Shown here piece by piece: positions 49,101-64,000 of a DNA stretch of 64,000 nt. This DNA comes from Tubulanus polymorphus. Its lineage: Eukaryota > Animalia > Nemertea. The notes under the pieces are model-generated. The model was not told the DNA's origin, did no database searches, and was given only the letters and a program-made list of their open reading frames with translations. The stretch spans positions 5,612,485 through 5,676,484 of the forward strand of contig NC_134027.1 in the NCBI RefSeq assembly GCF_964204645.1. Reading direction: 5' to 3'. The first letter of the stretch is position 1; every line of letters starts with the position of its first letter. The position numbers and the translations under genes are program-made.

Positions 49101-52100
49101 TGAGCGAGAAAAAGATTTTATGGCGGCGGATGCGAGCAATTAAAAGAAAAAACGCCGGTGGGACTGATTTCTGACATGATCCAGCTAATTATTCACCAAC
49201 TTATCAAATTTACAAGGAATAAATAATAGATTTCGAGATGAAGACCACAGCCACTTCTTGCAAGAAGAATTAGTCGCGATGAAAGAATTCTGAGTGTTTC
49301 TCCAGGGTATACGCTCTTAAGAAATCATTGCAGGTGATACTGACTTCATCAGAGCTGCATGGAACTCAATCGGAACTGTCATCCAGGAGGAATTCTACAA
49401 TGACCACTTGAGATGCTGACCGAAGAGGTCATAGCTCTCGGAATAATTTTTGCGCGTTCTTAAGTTGTACTAGTTAATTAAGACATTCACTTGACCTCTT
49501 TCATTTGACCCCAGTTTGTATAATATTAGCCTTGATCATATATCATTCCTGAGATCCCAAATCAAATCTGTTCTTTTTATTAGACCTGATCAAGAGCCGT
49601 TGACGCTGCGTGGAGTCACTTAAAAAACTGTATGTCCGTGAGAATTATTCGTTCTTAAAAACTTAAACTTATAAAGATGAATGAACCAGTCATCCTTTTA
49701 CGACCAGAAATAGGAATAATCGTCCAGAATTAGCCACGTGTCTAAAGACTAAACAAATGAGAAAACAAATTGCAAAACCTGTCAACTATTTTTGAGACAA
49801 CTGCCCTCCTGACCCTTAGCATAGTTAAGCAGCTGAGGTGAATAGAAATGCGAACGTAAGTTCAAAGGTTTAATGTTTCCATTTATTAAAGTGGGCCACC
49901 TTGAACAGCTCAGACTTCGTTGACAATATCATCATAAGTTTGGTCAGTTAAACATTATTCAGCGGTCAGTTTCATCCAGGACAGGTTAATATTTAATTGT
50001 TAGTCTTAATATTGTAGTCTTTCACCTGTTTAAGTTTAAAAGTGCCCGTAGCCGGATATCGGTCAAACGGACTCTGACCAATGGTCAGTTTAAACCGAGG
50101 AAGGAACTACTTTTTCTTTTCACATCGTCCTAGTTTGTAATTTGAACTCTTTGAAATATTCTGCTGCTTCATTTTTGATTGTCGGGTGAACTTTTCTATA
50201 CTAACACACCCTCTGATGATCACGATGGTGAGATTTTGATAATAAAACTCTATGCACTAAAGTATGTATCACCTATGTATCATGACACATTCAGATGGAA
50301 AGATATTGCTTAGTTTGTTAATCATAACGATTTATGTGTGATATTATTTCATATGAAAAATTTGAAAAAAACCTCTCGCGATCCTCCTACTAAATAAGCA
50401 AATGAAAACCAACAGATTGGATGAGAGGAGCATGCATGCACGGAGTAATCCATTCCAATGACGGTGGCTTGTGGCCTTGCGATGCTCCTTTCAACTCGCA
50501 ACAAAGTTCAGTCTTCGCCAGTGACTCGACTCTGTGGCCGGGCTTAGGGGTCTAAATAGTTATTAACTCGGGGCTACATCAATGCGGATCAAAGAAATGC
50601 TGTTTTGAAAACTGCAGTCAATTTACAACATTGTCCGCGCTAAAACATCCAGGTGGTATAATGGCGCGTTTCGTCAGATCTGCTCATGTGAAATTATAAC
50701 TTATCCGCTTCTTTTCACGTTACAATATGATTAGAACCTGAGTGATGAATCAGTTATCTACCTATTGTTAAACGATATCTCCTTGAAGTTGAATCATAGA
50801 CCTCATATTCTCATCGTCTGCGGACCTTAACGCGGTCGAGTTTCTCTTGTGATCTCTCGCATTAAAGAACGGATTCAAAAAGCAATTCAAACGTGATATT
50901 CAACTATATCTACCTGAAAATGACGACATTACACTTATGATGCACGTGCTATTATGTCACAATAATAGTTGTTTGTTTAAGTTTGTTTAACTTGACGTCT
51001 TTTTGCAATTGATCGACAAAGGAAAGAATAAAGCGTAATTGCAATTCGAACGAACCACTATTTCTGCAGTTCCGACAACGTTAATGGAGGGGGCCATCGT
51101 GGTTAATGTTATTTTGTAAGAAAAAATCTAGTTGTGCATTTGAAATTAATTTGTTTTGGTCAGAAATTCTTTGTTGAGATATATGTATGATTTTTCTACA
51201 GTTTTATATCTATTGAAATTCCAATGAATGTGTAGTTAATTATGGGCCGAATGATAAATATATAAAATTGATTCGTCTATTAGCTAATTTTTACACGTTT
51301 GAGCACATGTGGCAATACCTTATATGGAAATTGCATGACATGCCCTGCGAGCGACCTTCACATGTAAACAACTTTCTAACCTGGTGAACTAGAATCGACC
51401 TGAACTGTAGCAACTAACGATACGTACACTCCACAACTAAATCATAACATAAATTTTGAAAGATGATAATACGATATTTAGCTGCCAAACAATATCCATC
51501 AGTATTTCAATCTGTCTTTTGTAAATTATCTGTGGACTTATTCTCAAAAAAAGAAAGTTATCCCTTTTAATCTAATTATGAAAGTTTGAACCGAATAAGA
51601 ATGATTACCTTTCCCTGTGATGAATGAATGAAAAGCGCTTTTAGAGCTTCCCTGTCTGTTCCTAAGTTCTTGCGCCAGCCTGCAGTAGGCGGAGTAACTG
51701 CAATTGTCAATCTCTCTCGCTAAAAATAAGGTACTACTTTTCTGAGTCGTAATTAGGCGGGTCATGTGGAGGGGAAAACTGGGGAAGCATGACCTGAGCC
51801 ACGCTGAACTTGACGCCATGTGCAGTTGTAGTATCTCCGTGTTCATATCATTAATTGGACTCACAGCTCGCGGGAATAGAAGAGAACTGTGAATCTTTAT
51901 GGATGTGCAAATAGATATGTTTACTCGGTTAATAATTTGAAGCAAAGAATCCGTTGCCGACTTTAGATTACATTTAGCGCGGCAATTAGAGCACCAGTTA
52001 AAATCTAGATAGAATGATAACTGACGTGAGTTCGGAGTCGAGATGATCAGAAAGAATTAGATTTTCTGAATGTCTGTTCGTCGAATTATTCGAAGAAGGA

Positions 52101-55100
52101 AAATTAGAAATTTATTTTTCAGACTCTCAAAATATCTCAAACATCTGTTTTGAAATATGCAGACGTCACTTTGCTTATCGGCGTGGTCAAACCGTTGCGA
52201 TTTACTGAAATCGCAAAGTTAGAACAAAAAATACTACACCTACAGCAGCCGATAGCGATTGATGCAAATTAAATCAATAGTTACATAAACTTTCCCTTAC
52301 CGTATCGGGTTCATTCCAAGTTTAGCCTAATGATGTCAGACACTCAGCTTCTGGGTTTTCTGTTATTTTGTGGGAGGAGGTGAGTGAGACCGGTAATTTG
52401 CTTCTGGCGTAGAATTTTTCATTGTAATCGCAGACATCCCGATCACTTACCGGTACATGTCGATGTTGACAAATGGAAAATACGTGTCACACCTCTCCGC
52501 TTCGGGGAAGTATCCTAAGATTTACAAACACCATTTTCTAAACCCCAACCAAATTTCCTAGACAAAATTGGCCGATAGAGGAAATATCTGACTATTTCAA
52601 TCATTGATATATTTTATACCCTTACACGATTTTTCGTCTATTAACTTTACTCATCAATAACCCGTGATTTGCTCCTTATTATTCTTTTTCAGCGATCTCT
52701 TTCTATGTGGCTAAAACAGTCTTAATTCTATATATGTGTGTAGATGTTTCATATTGGAGTAACATGTAGTATGATACACGTTTACGTATGTCTCGTAAAA
52801 ATAATGTCTTCGCCCGGGTTGACAAAAGTTCAGCAGATGGATAGTTTTATTTCCACTATCAATGACTAGACAGTGAGAGAAATTTACGAATGGACATTAA
52901 GAATTATTGTGGCTTTCGAATATATTCCTGGTGCCATTCGGTTATAGAGAAGTCCTTGATATATCAGATTGTGAGTCATCCTTGTATCTTTGTATCTTAA
53001 TTAGGACGTGGTCAAACCTCTCGTGAACACAGTCTAACGATACCCGATGTGATATAGTCCAAGAAATATTAAACAGATGGGTTGGTTGAAGTTATTTGCA
53101 ATTTTTCTAAATCGAATGTCGGATAATCAATCGCACTCTGGCCAACATTGGACAATTCGGTATTGCTAGTTGCGAGATGGATAGTTATTTCAGGCGTGGG
53201 TGGACAGAAGGACACCAGACAGACGTCGCGATTAAATGATCATTTCATCCACTATAAACATCATAAACGTTTGCATATGACTTGCCCTGAGCTATGATCG
53301 CTACTGTAAATCCGAGGAGACAAGCGAGTGGGCAGGTCAGCGATTAATTTCTCGTAAATAAAAACTGTCGTTGGCGTCTCTTGCTTACTCCGTCTCTGTC
53401 CTCTCGAGGATGTATCAATACACTACAAAGATTTACAGCGTGTGAAGAGGCAATAAGCGACCCATTAAACGAACGGGCATATTGTGACGAGACTCGTATC
53501 GTCGCATTTGATCTATCATCAGTTATTCAAGTGTAAGTTTAAAGCGTGATAAGTCCGTCTGTCTGCAATTTATATTCATCACCTCATTAGTATTGCTGCT
53601 TGTATGCTGTGTAATGATTCTCGCAGAGAATTTGCCAAATTTCCCGCGCTTTCGAGGCGCCACTGATCAACCATCAATTGGCCATCACTCAGCATCGTCA
53701 GACAAAGATTTAAGGTCACTTATGCCTTGTAATCAGCGAAGACTTTCAATGATGTAATTGATCCAATCTTCAAGCTTCTTAATTCTATAAGGAAGGATTC
53801 TTAATCCTGGATGATAGCATTATAATCTCATTGCGGCGGCGCTGTGTTAGGTGCCCCCGGCCCCCAACAAACCGTCCGATATTGCGTTGATATGATTTTA
53901 AAAATCAACTTAAGTATTAAGTCGAGTTCATGGAAAGGGCAACACCAGAATATCGTTTTATAAGGTTACGCCTCGTGAATATCATTTTTTTCTAGTAAAT
54001 TTTCGTCGCGTTATGTTGAAATTTCATAGTTATTCGAGCAAATGATACATTTCATCCATGTTACATTCATCGACGTATGCTTCCCATGTCGTTAAGTAGG
54101 GTCTCCTCCTAAGATGCTACATCTTAAGTATTTCCTTGAGCGTTGTTTATATGTGATATCAATTCTGCTATAATGAACTCATGATGTTGAATCGATTTAT
54201 TAAGTGAGGTAAAAATATCCCGTTCACTGTCTCATGCAGTCATCTATTTTTAAATGAAAGCAATGACCTCTGCAGTTCAATATTTATACGTCAAAAACTA
54301 TGAATAAAATAATGTTCAAGTTATTGATCACATAAAAATCACGATTTCAATGTCGGCACAGCAGCCGTATTGTTAAACCGCGTTGTTTAGCAGTTGCTGC
54401 AGCGTCATCAAAATGAAATAAAGTTATACAGTTTTTGAATTATTAATTGTATTTTTCAGGTTCAAGAAGAAGTCGGCAATTTTTATTTCCCAACGAGGGT
54501 TACAATAATTGAGCAGATCGGGAAAGTTCGTAAATTGAGTCGTCGTCGGGACTCGTGTCAGGAACTCTTTCTAAATTTCTCTTGTCAGAAAAACTGACAT
54601 CTATTAATATTATAAGTTGACGTGGGACGATTTATGATGTTCGCAACCCCGCGGCACTCTCGTGGGTATTATGGCTGAGTCTTTGGCGTCAAATTCTATT
54701 ACATAAACAGATTATTCTGATCTCGGCTTCACACGGGGTTGTGATTGTATTACCACTGGCAGTCGTCTGAGGTGGTGCTCGGATGGACAGGTTGTGAATG
54801 ATAATGATAACGCTGCTGGGGTAAGCTGGGGTAACGCTGGTGACTGGCGGCTTCTTTAACACAGAGGCTTATTTATTATCGAAAGAACAAAATATTTTGT
54901 TATCCGCTTTCACACAAATCCTGGATGCGAGTTTCTACGCGGTCGTTTCATTCACTTAAGTTGACCTTGTAACAGCGCCTAGGTTTTCAGTATTTCCCGC
55001 CTTGATTAATTGACATTTGCAAGTCACCAGGGGTATTGTTGATTGTCGCAAAAAATAAATCCTCGCAGGGACGCCAATAACTGATTGCGTCGTGTTACCA

Positions 55101-58100
55101 TGACGATATCAGCATCATAACCTCCAGTCGACCGCATGAACTCTAAAGAGGTTATTAGGGTGCCGGAAAACCTTATTTTACATAAGATTTTTTCGATATG
55201 TAAACCACGGATATTTTTCTCGATTGTTTATCATTGATAAGTTGTGCAAAGCAGCGACGGGATGACATGAATTTGTGTCTATGACTCACGGGTCACGTTT
55301 GGGTTTTTAGCGGTTTTGTAATCCGACAGCAGTATGTGCGAGAGATTTATTTTCGGTTAAACCGATCATATTAAATGCATTGTATCGATACAAAAATCAG
55401 ATAATGTCCATGTAATCTACATGTAGTATAGATTATAATAATCCCTACTTCTTTTCACGATCGTACTCCGCGGGCAAAATGAGTTCAGCCTGAGTTCCCG
55501 ATGAACCAGTTCGATTCAGAAATCAAATTTCCCGCCAATAACAACTCCGATAGAACATGCTGCCATCTGTGCGATGAAGGGTGATGTTACATACTTCTTC
55601 CTATATAACCAAGCTTCCTTTTTTCTCGCGCTATATTGAATATAATAAACATGCTCTCTATATATAGTCTCATAATCATGTGGATGCATTTTCATTTCGA
55701 TTTCACCATCAGTTGATTTCACGGTGTCTAATTAGGGTGTGAAATTAATAATGGGAGTTTTATCTTATGCAATATCAACTTTTGATAATAATCATGTTGA
55801 TCACACACCTAAACAAACGTTGTCTTCTTCCACAACCGTCATAGCTTCAAAGTCTACACAGTTTACACAGCAAAACTTTATTCGTACACATTTTGGTGGA
55901 AAGAGTTTAGCAACCGCGCAGGTGGACGACGGTTTCGAAGGACACACCCTTTATTCATTTGTCTTCTGGCATTAGTATAAATGACTAAAAGGAAATTGAT
56001 ACGTACAGGTATATACATACCTATATATATATGTATACTTATACCATATTTCAACTAGACACAGACACACCCTGATCAGAGGTCATTTTTAGTTCAAAAA
56101 CTTGTTACTGTTAGTAAAAGTTATAATTTAATGAACGAACAATATAAAATTGGATCCTTTTGAGCACTACAATACGAAACGTTCACGGATTCAGGGCAAA
56201 TGAATTATTTGCATTTTGCAATTAGATAATTCATAATCACATTAATGATGACGTAAACTGTGTGGTTTTTAGTGTTGTCGTATGACTTCTATCATCGGCT
56301 TGCATCATTGTGTGTCCTTGGACAAGATTTATTTAATGGGTCTCTTTTTATCTATCTAATTGATAATGCGTGGTTGTCTGTCACGCGATAATTGTGATAT
56401 TAATGATGGAATAGACTAAACTCAATGAGTCATTTCGTTACCTAGAACTTCGCTGAACCCAGTCGCCAGGACTCTATCAACTCTGGTTCAGATAGTTCGA
56501 TTGATAGAGACGCCTTTAATACATGCGCAGAGATAACGAATTAGATCGATTTAGTATTGATGCTGCAGATCGAGTATTTTTGGAAATGGGTCGACTCAGT
56601 CGCATCTTTATCCTTTGCCCATCAACTTTTTCGCTAAAAATCCTGAAGTTTGACTTATTTTTTAGCCAAAAAGGGGATGACAGACAAACCGCAAGCAACC
56701 CTACACTGGTGGACTGGACATGATAATGAAATCAATAAAAATGTACTTATGAATAGATATAATGATGATCTTTCAGAATTCAACTCCATTATTCACAAAG
56801 CAAAATACGACTGTTCGTTTATCGAATAAATCAAATTCTAGAAGAATTTCCAATTTCCATCGTCTAAAAGCTATCGAAAGATTCGGTTTGACCTTGCAGT
56901 AATCAATTGTGAAATGATTACTCAAAGGTTTGACCATTGTGTAGAGACGTTTCCAAATAAAAAATATATGGACTGGGGTAATCCAGAAGCTAACGTTAAC
57001 GGTATATTGGAAATTCATTTACACAATCAGGATCAATTCTGATCAAGAAAGTTAATCAATACAAACTTCAGCAACATCTATTCTGATATTGGCAATTTAT
57101 TCAAGGCTTTCGGAAGTGGAGGTGACAATGGTACTAGGTAAGTCAGTCACCAGTCGGGGTCAAAAAGTCAGTAGCGAAACATCACCAGTACACGTCGTCA
57201 TACAGAACAGTGCAGGCAGTTATGCAAAAGCAATTTTACACAGGTTGCATTTTCTTTACTACACGTGACAAGCATGTCGCAGTCGCAGTCTGGTGCAATT
57301 TGTTTTTCCAAGAAATTTCACTGATCGCGACGAAAGTATAGACTTGGATCTGGGCGCGCACCAATTCATCAACGATATCATTAGCGGTTTATTTGCAGAT
57401 CACCGCCGTTGTTCATATAATCGATGACAAATAGATCCCCTAAACTCAATAACCATTCTGTTAGTCAGTTTATTATTTTGCTCACGAATTCAAACTCGTT
57501 GACCCCGGACGACAGTAATTTCATTCGCAGTAGAGGTTCTGTAATGAAAAATTTTCCAGAGATTTCCTTTGCTTTAAGAACGAACATTAGCTTTTTAAAT
57601 TCACTTTTCTTCGACACGATGCTGAGAATCAAGACAAAATAAGAAATCACACATTGGATATATGAAAATCTCTACCTCTTTTAGAGGTATTACTCTTACG
57701 CAGACGTATTTTGCGTGTGTCACGTTAATCGAGTTGATTACAGCGTGCTGAACGAAATGAATTCTTTCTGTGATGGAGGTTATTACGTGTTTTTATGCTA
57801 TTAATAATAAGGCGAGCAATATAACTTCACACGTGTGCACTGCGTTAAAGACCTTAGAATTTTTATTAGACTTGTTTACATCTCCACCATTTCAGCGTTT
57901 CCCAGAATTCTTTTCGTTGATATATTGAAAAGAATGTACCACATTTATGCCCTCACGACGAAAACAATTTATCTCAACTGTATTAAACGGTTTCTGAACT
58001 TTGTTTTTCTGATTTAGAAAATCAACCTACATCATCTTCATCTCTTTATAGCTTTATATTTCATTTCGGAAATTTGATTTAAATGTTAAATCAATAACTA

Positions 58101-61100
58101 AACCTTTAGATAAATCGGATTGATTGGACATGTTCGGGTTATTGGTGAAAATGTGCTAAACTTGTAACTATGATTAAGCGTATGATTATGCTTATTGTAT
58201 AAAATGACCAACTTTCATGAAACGGTTTTTGTTCTACATTATATTTATGAATATAGAACTTCGTCATCTTGGCAAACGACCAGATTTTTATCCATCTCTA
58301 ATCCACGTTCAGCCTTACGTAGAGGACCTTTAATTCTTTTTGTCAACGTGAAAATCAATCATTTCTATTCGTAAAACCACGCATATGATGTAAATAACCC
58401 AGTTGATATCGGTTGGTATTGAGGATGGTCGTAGTAGGGTGGCACACCTTGCCACAGATGTTATTATACTACGTTATATTCTACAGCTGGCTAAGTCATT
58501 TATTACCGTCAAGGTGACCGTCTGAATGTCTTCGACAAATAAAACAGAAAGCGACCGCTTGTAGCTTGTAGTTACCGAATCGATAAAATCTAATTACTAT
58601 TCATGTAAAGAATAGATGAGACGATACAGTTTAATCATGAAGTTCATAGAAACAGTGTTATACGATAAATTGATGGTCCGTTTGTAATTCATTCTCCGAT
58701 TCACATAAAACAATGTGATACGTTGATCGATTGATATGTGAAATCATGCCACAGATTCACATATAGTCACGATTTCAAATGTGTATGTAATGTATATAAA
58801 GCTTTGTGTGCCCGTTGACCAAAACCCACCCCAGTAATGGGTTCAATTCCACTCAGAATATTAAACCCATTTTCTATCAACTGTCAAATGAGACTTCGCT
58901 TGTGGAGACCAGCCGTATGTCAGAGATATACATAGATAGTTTTTATCAATCTAGCGATATATGCTGAAAATAATTCATTGAGAGAAGTCGATAAGATCCA
59001 CTGATGGACTTTGACTGGTACTACTTTCATGAATATTAACAAGTTTTAACGGTTCGTGCGATATGAAGTTAAATCTGGTGCAAATGTTTTATCATTGATA
59101 GAGCGATTAGAGTTTTAAGATTGTGAGATTTGGATTTTTGTATCAAGCACTTTACTATGCATTGTTTTGGTGTAGTAATCGCCTCGAACTGTGGACTCAA
59201 TCACGATATGGACTTTGTAAAGTAATAATGTATACCTCACAGGTGACGGCGTGTGAACTCTGAAAGTGTCTTAATAATTATAGAACCACAGCTAAAGTGA
59301 TGCCGAGAAATAGACATATACCTTCAATTCCTTTTTAGAGGAAGGTTAAGTCCTATTTTTGGGGTAAGGAGGAGGTGGGATATTTTTGCAGGTTACGGGT
59401 ATCTTAGCGTCTACATAGCAAATTGAATCACTTCTGAGTAGTCTCTACTATTGTCTTTTTCTTTCGTTCCTGGGACTTTTGTACAAATTCGTTTTTATCG
59501 CAATGTGTCCTACTTTATACTTCATATTTACTGAATGAACATGTGCTTGATTTCATGGGTACATTTTGCTGTCATTCCCCCTCGGGGAATCGTCAGTACA
59601 ATATCATTTGCCTTCTATGGTTTTCTGGTCACAAGTATCACGCTTTGTACTTTAATATCTATAATGATTAAAAGCACGCCTTTGAGCCGATATCACGCAG
59701 CATTTAGAATCAAAGTACAGTTTACTACTTTCGTTACTATTTTCGGGGAAATGTCGTTTTTAGTTTAACGCGGACTTTCGCCCCTTGATCATCGATTCAA
59801 ATTTCGCTACGGGTTTTACGACGTGCGCAATATTTTTGGCAATTCCAGTCCCTAAGTTGAGAAAAGCTGCTGCTCTGGATTTACGATCTAAAAATGTATA
59901 TAGTTTCTGTGCAGTCGGTATAGTGAAAATCCATATTTTGAAATACTTGGTTAGAAATATACATTTCTTAAAAAATATTCAGGAATAAGAATTTAATGAA
60001 ATATATTTAAAATCTATATGTTTTATATTGTCTGGGCAACCTGTTACCACACTATGTCGAAGCTATTAGACGCTCCTAATATTCGACTATTACATAACAG
60101 TTTTAACTACGCAAGCAGATCTTTATGTAATAATCTTAAGTTATTGATTTCGTTTTCCGTGCGTTCGACTTTTCTTTTCTTCGTCATTCTACCGCTTTGA
60201 ACTGCAATATATATGTATATAAATATGTATGTATATTTGATTCAGTTCTATGTGACAGAACATCACATTTTGTTTCCTCATTTTTAAACGAAACCAACCT
60301 AGAAATCAATTTCCCGACTTGTATTTGTATGAATTAAATACCACCATTTCCCTAAAAATCGTTATTTGATACTTTTCATGTGTGTGATTTATAAATTTAG
60401 GTGTATTGCCTTCGCCCTGTAAGCTATGATTAGAAATGTCTAGTCAGCTTATGAGGAAGGTCTTCTATAGATTATAGCTCGAGGTTCTGAAAATGCATGA
60501 TACCTAATTTACCTGCGTGACCGCTGCGTGAACCATGTATTAATGATTTCTATCCCCTAATTAGGAATAAACAACTTATGATTTTAGTTAGCGTATTTGA
60601 TTTGGAATACATTAGGGAAAGAGGTCAATGATGCACGTCTGATGATCAATGTATGGGTTTTAGCTGACGTTTCTATCTTTCAATTTGTCTCTCTGGATCA
60701 TTCTTTTTCAAAAAGTGGTGCCACAACCAGCGAACCAAGTGACTGCACAGTGAAATTTCACTAGCAGCTCTCCGAGTTAGATATATGTTTTTTCGTGTTT
60801 CTTTATTTGGAAGATTTGCATTTCACAATTTACATTTGGTAACTTTATTGGCCTGGAATTACGTTTTCATTTGATGGTTATAGCAATTCTAAACAACTAA
60901 TCATAATATCGTTAATCTGTACTCAAGTATTTTTGTGTCATATCAATTCACTCATGACTTGATATCAACTGATCACCAGATGTGTGTGTACTGAAACATG
61001 GGTTTGGGGTAGGGTTTCGTGGAAACAATCCATTTCGGCAAATATCAAATGGATTTTTTGAACGTAGACATCAATGCACTGCTTGTCATCCGATGTGATA

Positions 61101-61329
61101 GGCTAACAGATAAATCACTGATAAACTTCGTCAAGTGCTAGTCTTCACATGATTTAACCGGTATAACATGACCCTTCTAGTATTGCCAAAATACCATAGT
61201 ATTAACCCTTTATTGATTATAATTACTAAACTTAAAACACACCATTACAGTTGCTAAACTTGAATCTGTGATCTGTGATCTGTCTGTCTGCCTCTCTCAA
61301 ATTGTCTCTCATCCTTATGGAAGTTTCAG

Positions 61330-61601
61330 CAGGGATGGGTCCAGAAAAGAAGCACCCGACAAGAAGGGCAGTAAATAATACAAAGAGGCACTACCCACGC
61401 GTAACGAAATTTCTAAAAAATGAACCCCTGCAGATGAGATTTCCAAGGATTTGAGCTTGTTTCAACCAAAGAAAGATATATATTGGAGCCTTTTGACGTC
61501 CTCAGGTGGTACCGAATTTTTGACGGGAATGATTTTCGGGGCCAACTGAAAATTTAGAAGGTAGCACGTGCCCCAGGTGCTACCCCATGGATCCGCGCCT
61601 G
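61330..61601. mobile_element. Non-autonomous DNA transposon remnant (CAGG-type TIR)
   Basis: cagggatgggtcca ... tggatccgcgcctg imperfect TIRs; a similar end aatccgcccctg at ~61840. Confidence 0.5.
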
Positions 61602-62904
61602 TTAGTCCCGGTGCCCTTTTGAAAAACGTCGGCATTTTTGCAGGGCAATATTTCTATCCACAACTAATAGAGGAGCAGTCAGTTCTTAGGCTATTACGTC
61701 TCTTTAATGTCACGTAATACAGTGCCTGGAGATTGCATCAACATGCAATGAAGTTTCAATTTTCCAGACCCAACACCTTCGTACTCGTTATGTGTGATCT
61801 TTTTCATTTCTTAGTGCACCTGTCAAAGTTTGCCCCAGAATCCGCCCCTGGTTTGACGACGATTTTAAATACTCTGGGGAAACCACATTCGATATCAGCT
61901 TATCGCTATAAGCTATAAAATGAAGTCCATCTTTCCCTATCATAACTGCATTTTATTCATCTTTCAAAAGCTGAATATTTTGAGATAACGGTTGTCATTT
62001 ATCAGTCGTTTTTATTTTGTGGAGGTTTCTAGGCGATATTGAGAGGTGCTGCCACGGAGTGTGGCGGTGATTGCGTGAACTAGTTCTTTTTTCGAAAAAA
62101 ATTACTCGGGCGTGTAAATGTTAATTCATTCGTAGTATATCTGATAAAATATTGATCATCAATTACCAGAAGGTTTTCGTTGGCTATTGAACTTTGAATT
62201 GATATTTCTGTTTGAAAACACTTGAGGGCAATGATTTTACTATAAATAAATGAATACACAAAAGCACGTGATAGAATAGTACATAATATCATTAGGAGAT
62301 CGCGTATTGTTTTTGATAGTTGAACGCGTTCATTACTTAAACGACACATTGATTTCATTGTAATATTTTGTATATAAGTAGGTACAAATCTAAATCAGCT
62401 AGCGAATTATTCTAATAGAATATCCCATAGAAGTACTTTTCTAGTGGCCAAACTGTCACGAAGTCACTGACCCTATACGGTACGGTATAATTTTCAGATG
62501 AAACAGGTGCGCTGGGTTTGCTTGTTACTGTATCTTCGTTTTAAAAAATTTGTCTAAATGAATGATTTTATCAGAACAAACATTAATGTAACAATATACT
62601 TCGAACCACCTGTCATTGGATTGGTTTACCGATGCGATAGAAATATCGTTTATCCCCACTTAAAGTTCTGTGATATTGCTTGGCGATCTAATAAAAAATA
62701 TTACAAAATATTTGTAGAACTTATTACTATCGATTCGGGTTATGAAGCTCTATCTTTTATGCCAATGGTTTTGTTTTTCAAGAACTGATGTAGTTGTCCT
62801 GTATAAGTTCGATGACATTTTGTACGTCACACAGAGACAGGTGCTTTTAGCTATAACTATTCGCTGATGACTAGCGGAAAACCCGAGGAAACCATAGGTG
62901 TTTT

Positions 62905-62995
62905 AGCCCGGTTCGACAGTTGTGAGTTAAATTTCAACCCTAAGGTGAAACGCTAACTCTAGTGGATTGTAACCAAACCCTTTGGAACTGAGTCC
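62905..62995. mobile_element. Degenerate copy of the 8861-8970 MITE family
   Basis: Shares acagttgtgagtta and ends tggaactgagtcc, the reverse complement of ggactcagttcca at 8862. Confidence 0.6.
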
Positions 62996-64000
62996 TGAAC
63001 TTAAAAAAACGTTTCTCGGCATTTTGGAATACATAAATATGAATGTGTTCTCCCTTGCGCGTCCTATCCTATGACTGCAGAGGCCACTGGCAACAGAATT
63101 CTAGGTAGCAAGCAGTTACGTATTTCCAACACGGGAGACGAACCTTTGATAAGTTGGTGTTAATCTTTAGTTTAAAATAATAATTTTCTTCGAGGCTTGA
63201 TTCGTTCCTAGAACATTCTCAGTTATTTACAGAACTGAACAGTAGACAGTCACAATAGATTTTTATGAACGTTCTGTGTTTTTATGATCCTTTTTGTTAA
63301 TTGCTATCATCCTATATTCTATTTTGAGTGATGACGAGCAACAATTTTTGGTTAAGGCCCAGTCTTTGGTTAAGACAAAATGGTCGATACGTTCATTTTT
63401 GTTCTCTGTATGATTATAACATTTCAAGATAGTTTAAAGCTTAATCACAGTTTCCAATCATATTAACATCAATTGCACGATAGAAAATTTCGTGAAAAGA
63501 TTCACTGGATGCGCTGACGATATACCATAGTTTGATATTTTGAGCACACGTTTGATCTACGTTCTACAGTGAAACAAAATGTTATCATTGGTATTTACTG
63601 TTTGTTTACAAAAGCTCGGATATTAACCTCACTCGTGGGGGAAAATGCAAGTTAGTTCAACATAACACTGATCGATACTAAAATAGAAATACAGGTGATC
63701 TTTCTGACTAAAGGATTCTTGACAAGAACACATTCCGAATGCCTCAGATGAGATCTTTATAGGAATGCAATCCAAGTATCAAATGACATCATTATTCATC
63801 CAGGAAATGCCCCATATTTGTGTTGAATGCGCGTGGGAGAAATCTGCAGAATATTGTATCGGATGTCTAGACAGCTTATCTAATCCGCAAATCACGGCAT
63901 CAATTCTTACTGTATATATCTGATATATCTATCATTGTGCAGTAAGTAACCTGCACAGAATATTTCGTATATGCTGATTAGCCTGGCTGATATTTACAAC

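Noticed and set aside
43643-62788. Numerous 60-133-aa ORFs in the right third of the window
   Set aside because: Short, many non-ATG starts, no domain motifs or splice-consistent chains; expected by chance
62864-62893. ctgatga...gaaac hammerhead-like spacing
   Set aside because: Stem II pairs poorly and no convincing stems I/III were found
1-64000. tRNA/rRNA genes, prokaryotic operons, intact transposase or reverse transcriptase ORFs
   Set aside because: None recognisable by eye; a tRNAscan-SE/Infernal run would be needed to exclude small RNAs

Overview
AT-rich, intron-rich eukaryotic genomic DNA, most consistent with an invertebrate animal (probably spiralian/lophotrochozoan; this is inference). 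It holds three protein-coding genes: (1) a 4-exon glycerate kinase (GLYCTK, + strand, 6774-8793); (2) a roughly 45-exon ANKRD26-like gene (- strand, 42151 to 11262) with N-terminal ankyrin repeats, a long acidic middle region and C-terminal coiled coils; and (3) an intronless DEG/ENaC channel (+ strand, 14379-16007) nested antisense in an ANKRD26 intron. Bases ~43-64 kb have no convincing coding sequence. The most unusual feature is at 3.6-4.4 kb: two diverged inverted copies of an RTE-type retrotransposon fragment whose mismatches are strongly biased toward G.U wobble pairs on the minus-strand RNA. They enclose a tandem array of three-way-junction RNA folds, which makes this a candidate endogenous hairpin-RNA/siRNA locus. 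Also notable: a cluster of frame-compatible alternative first exons inside ANKRD26, repeated acidic-Trp motifs, an ENaC with an altered HG gating motif, Penelope-type hammerhead palindromes and several MITEs. All exon calls and counts were made by eye.
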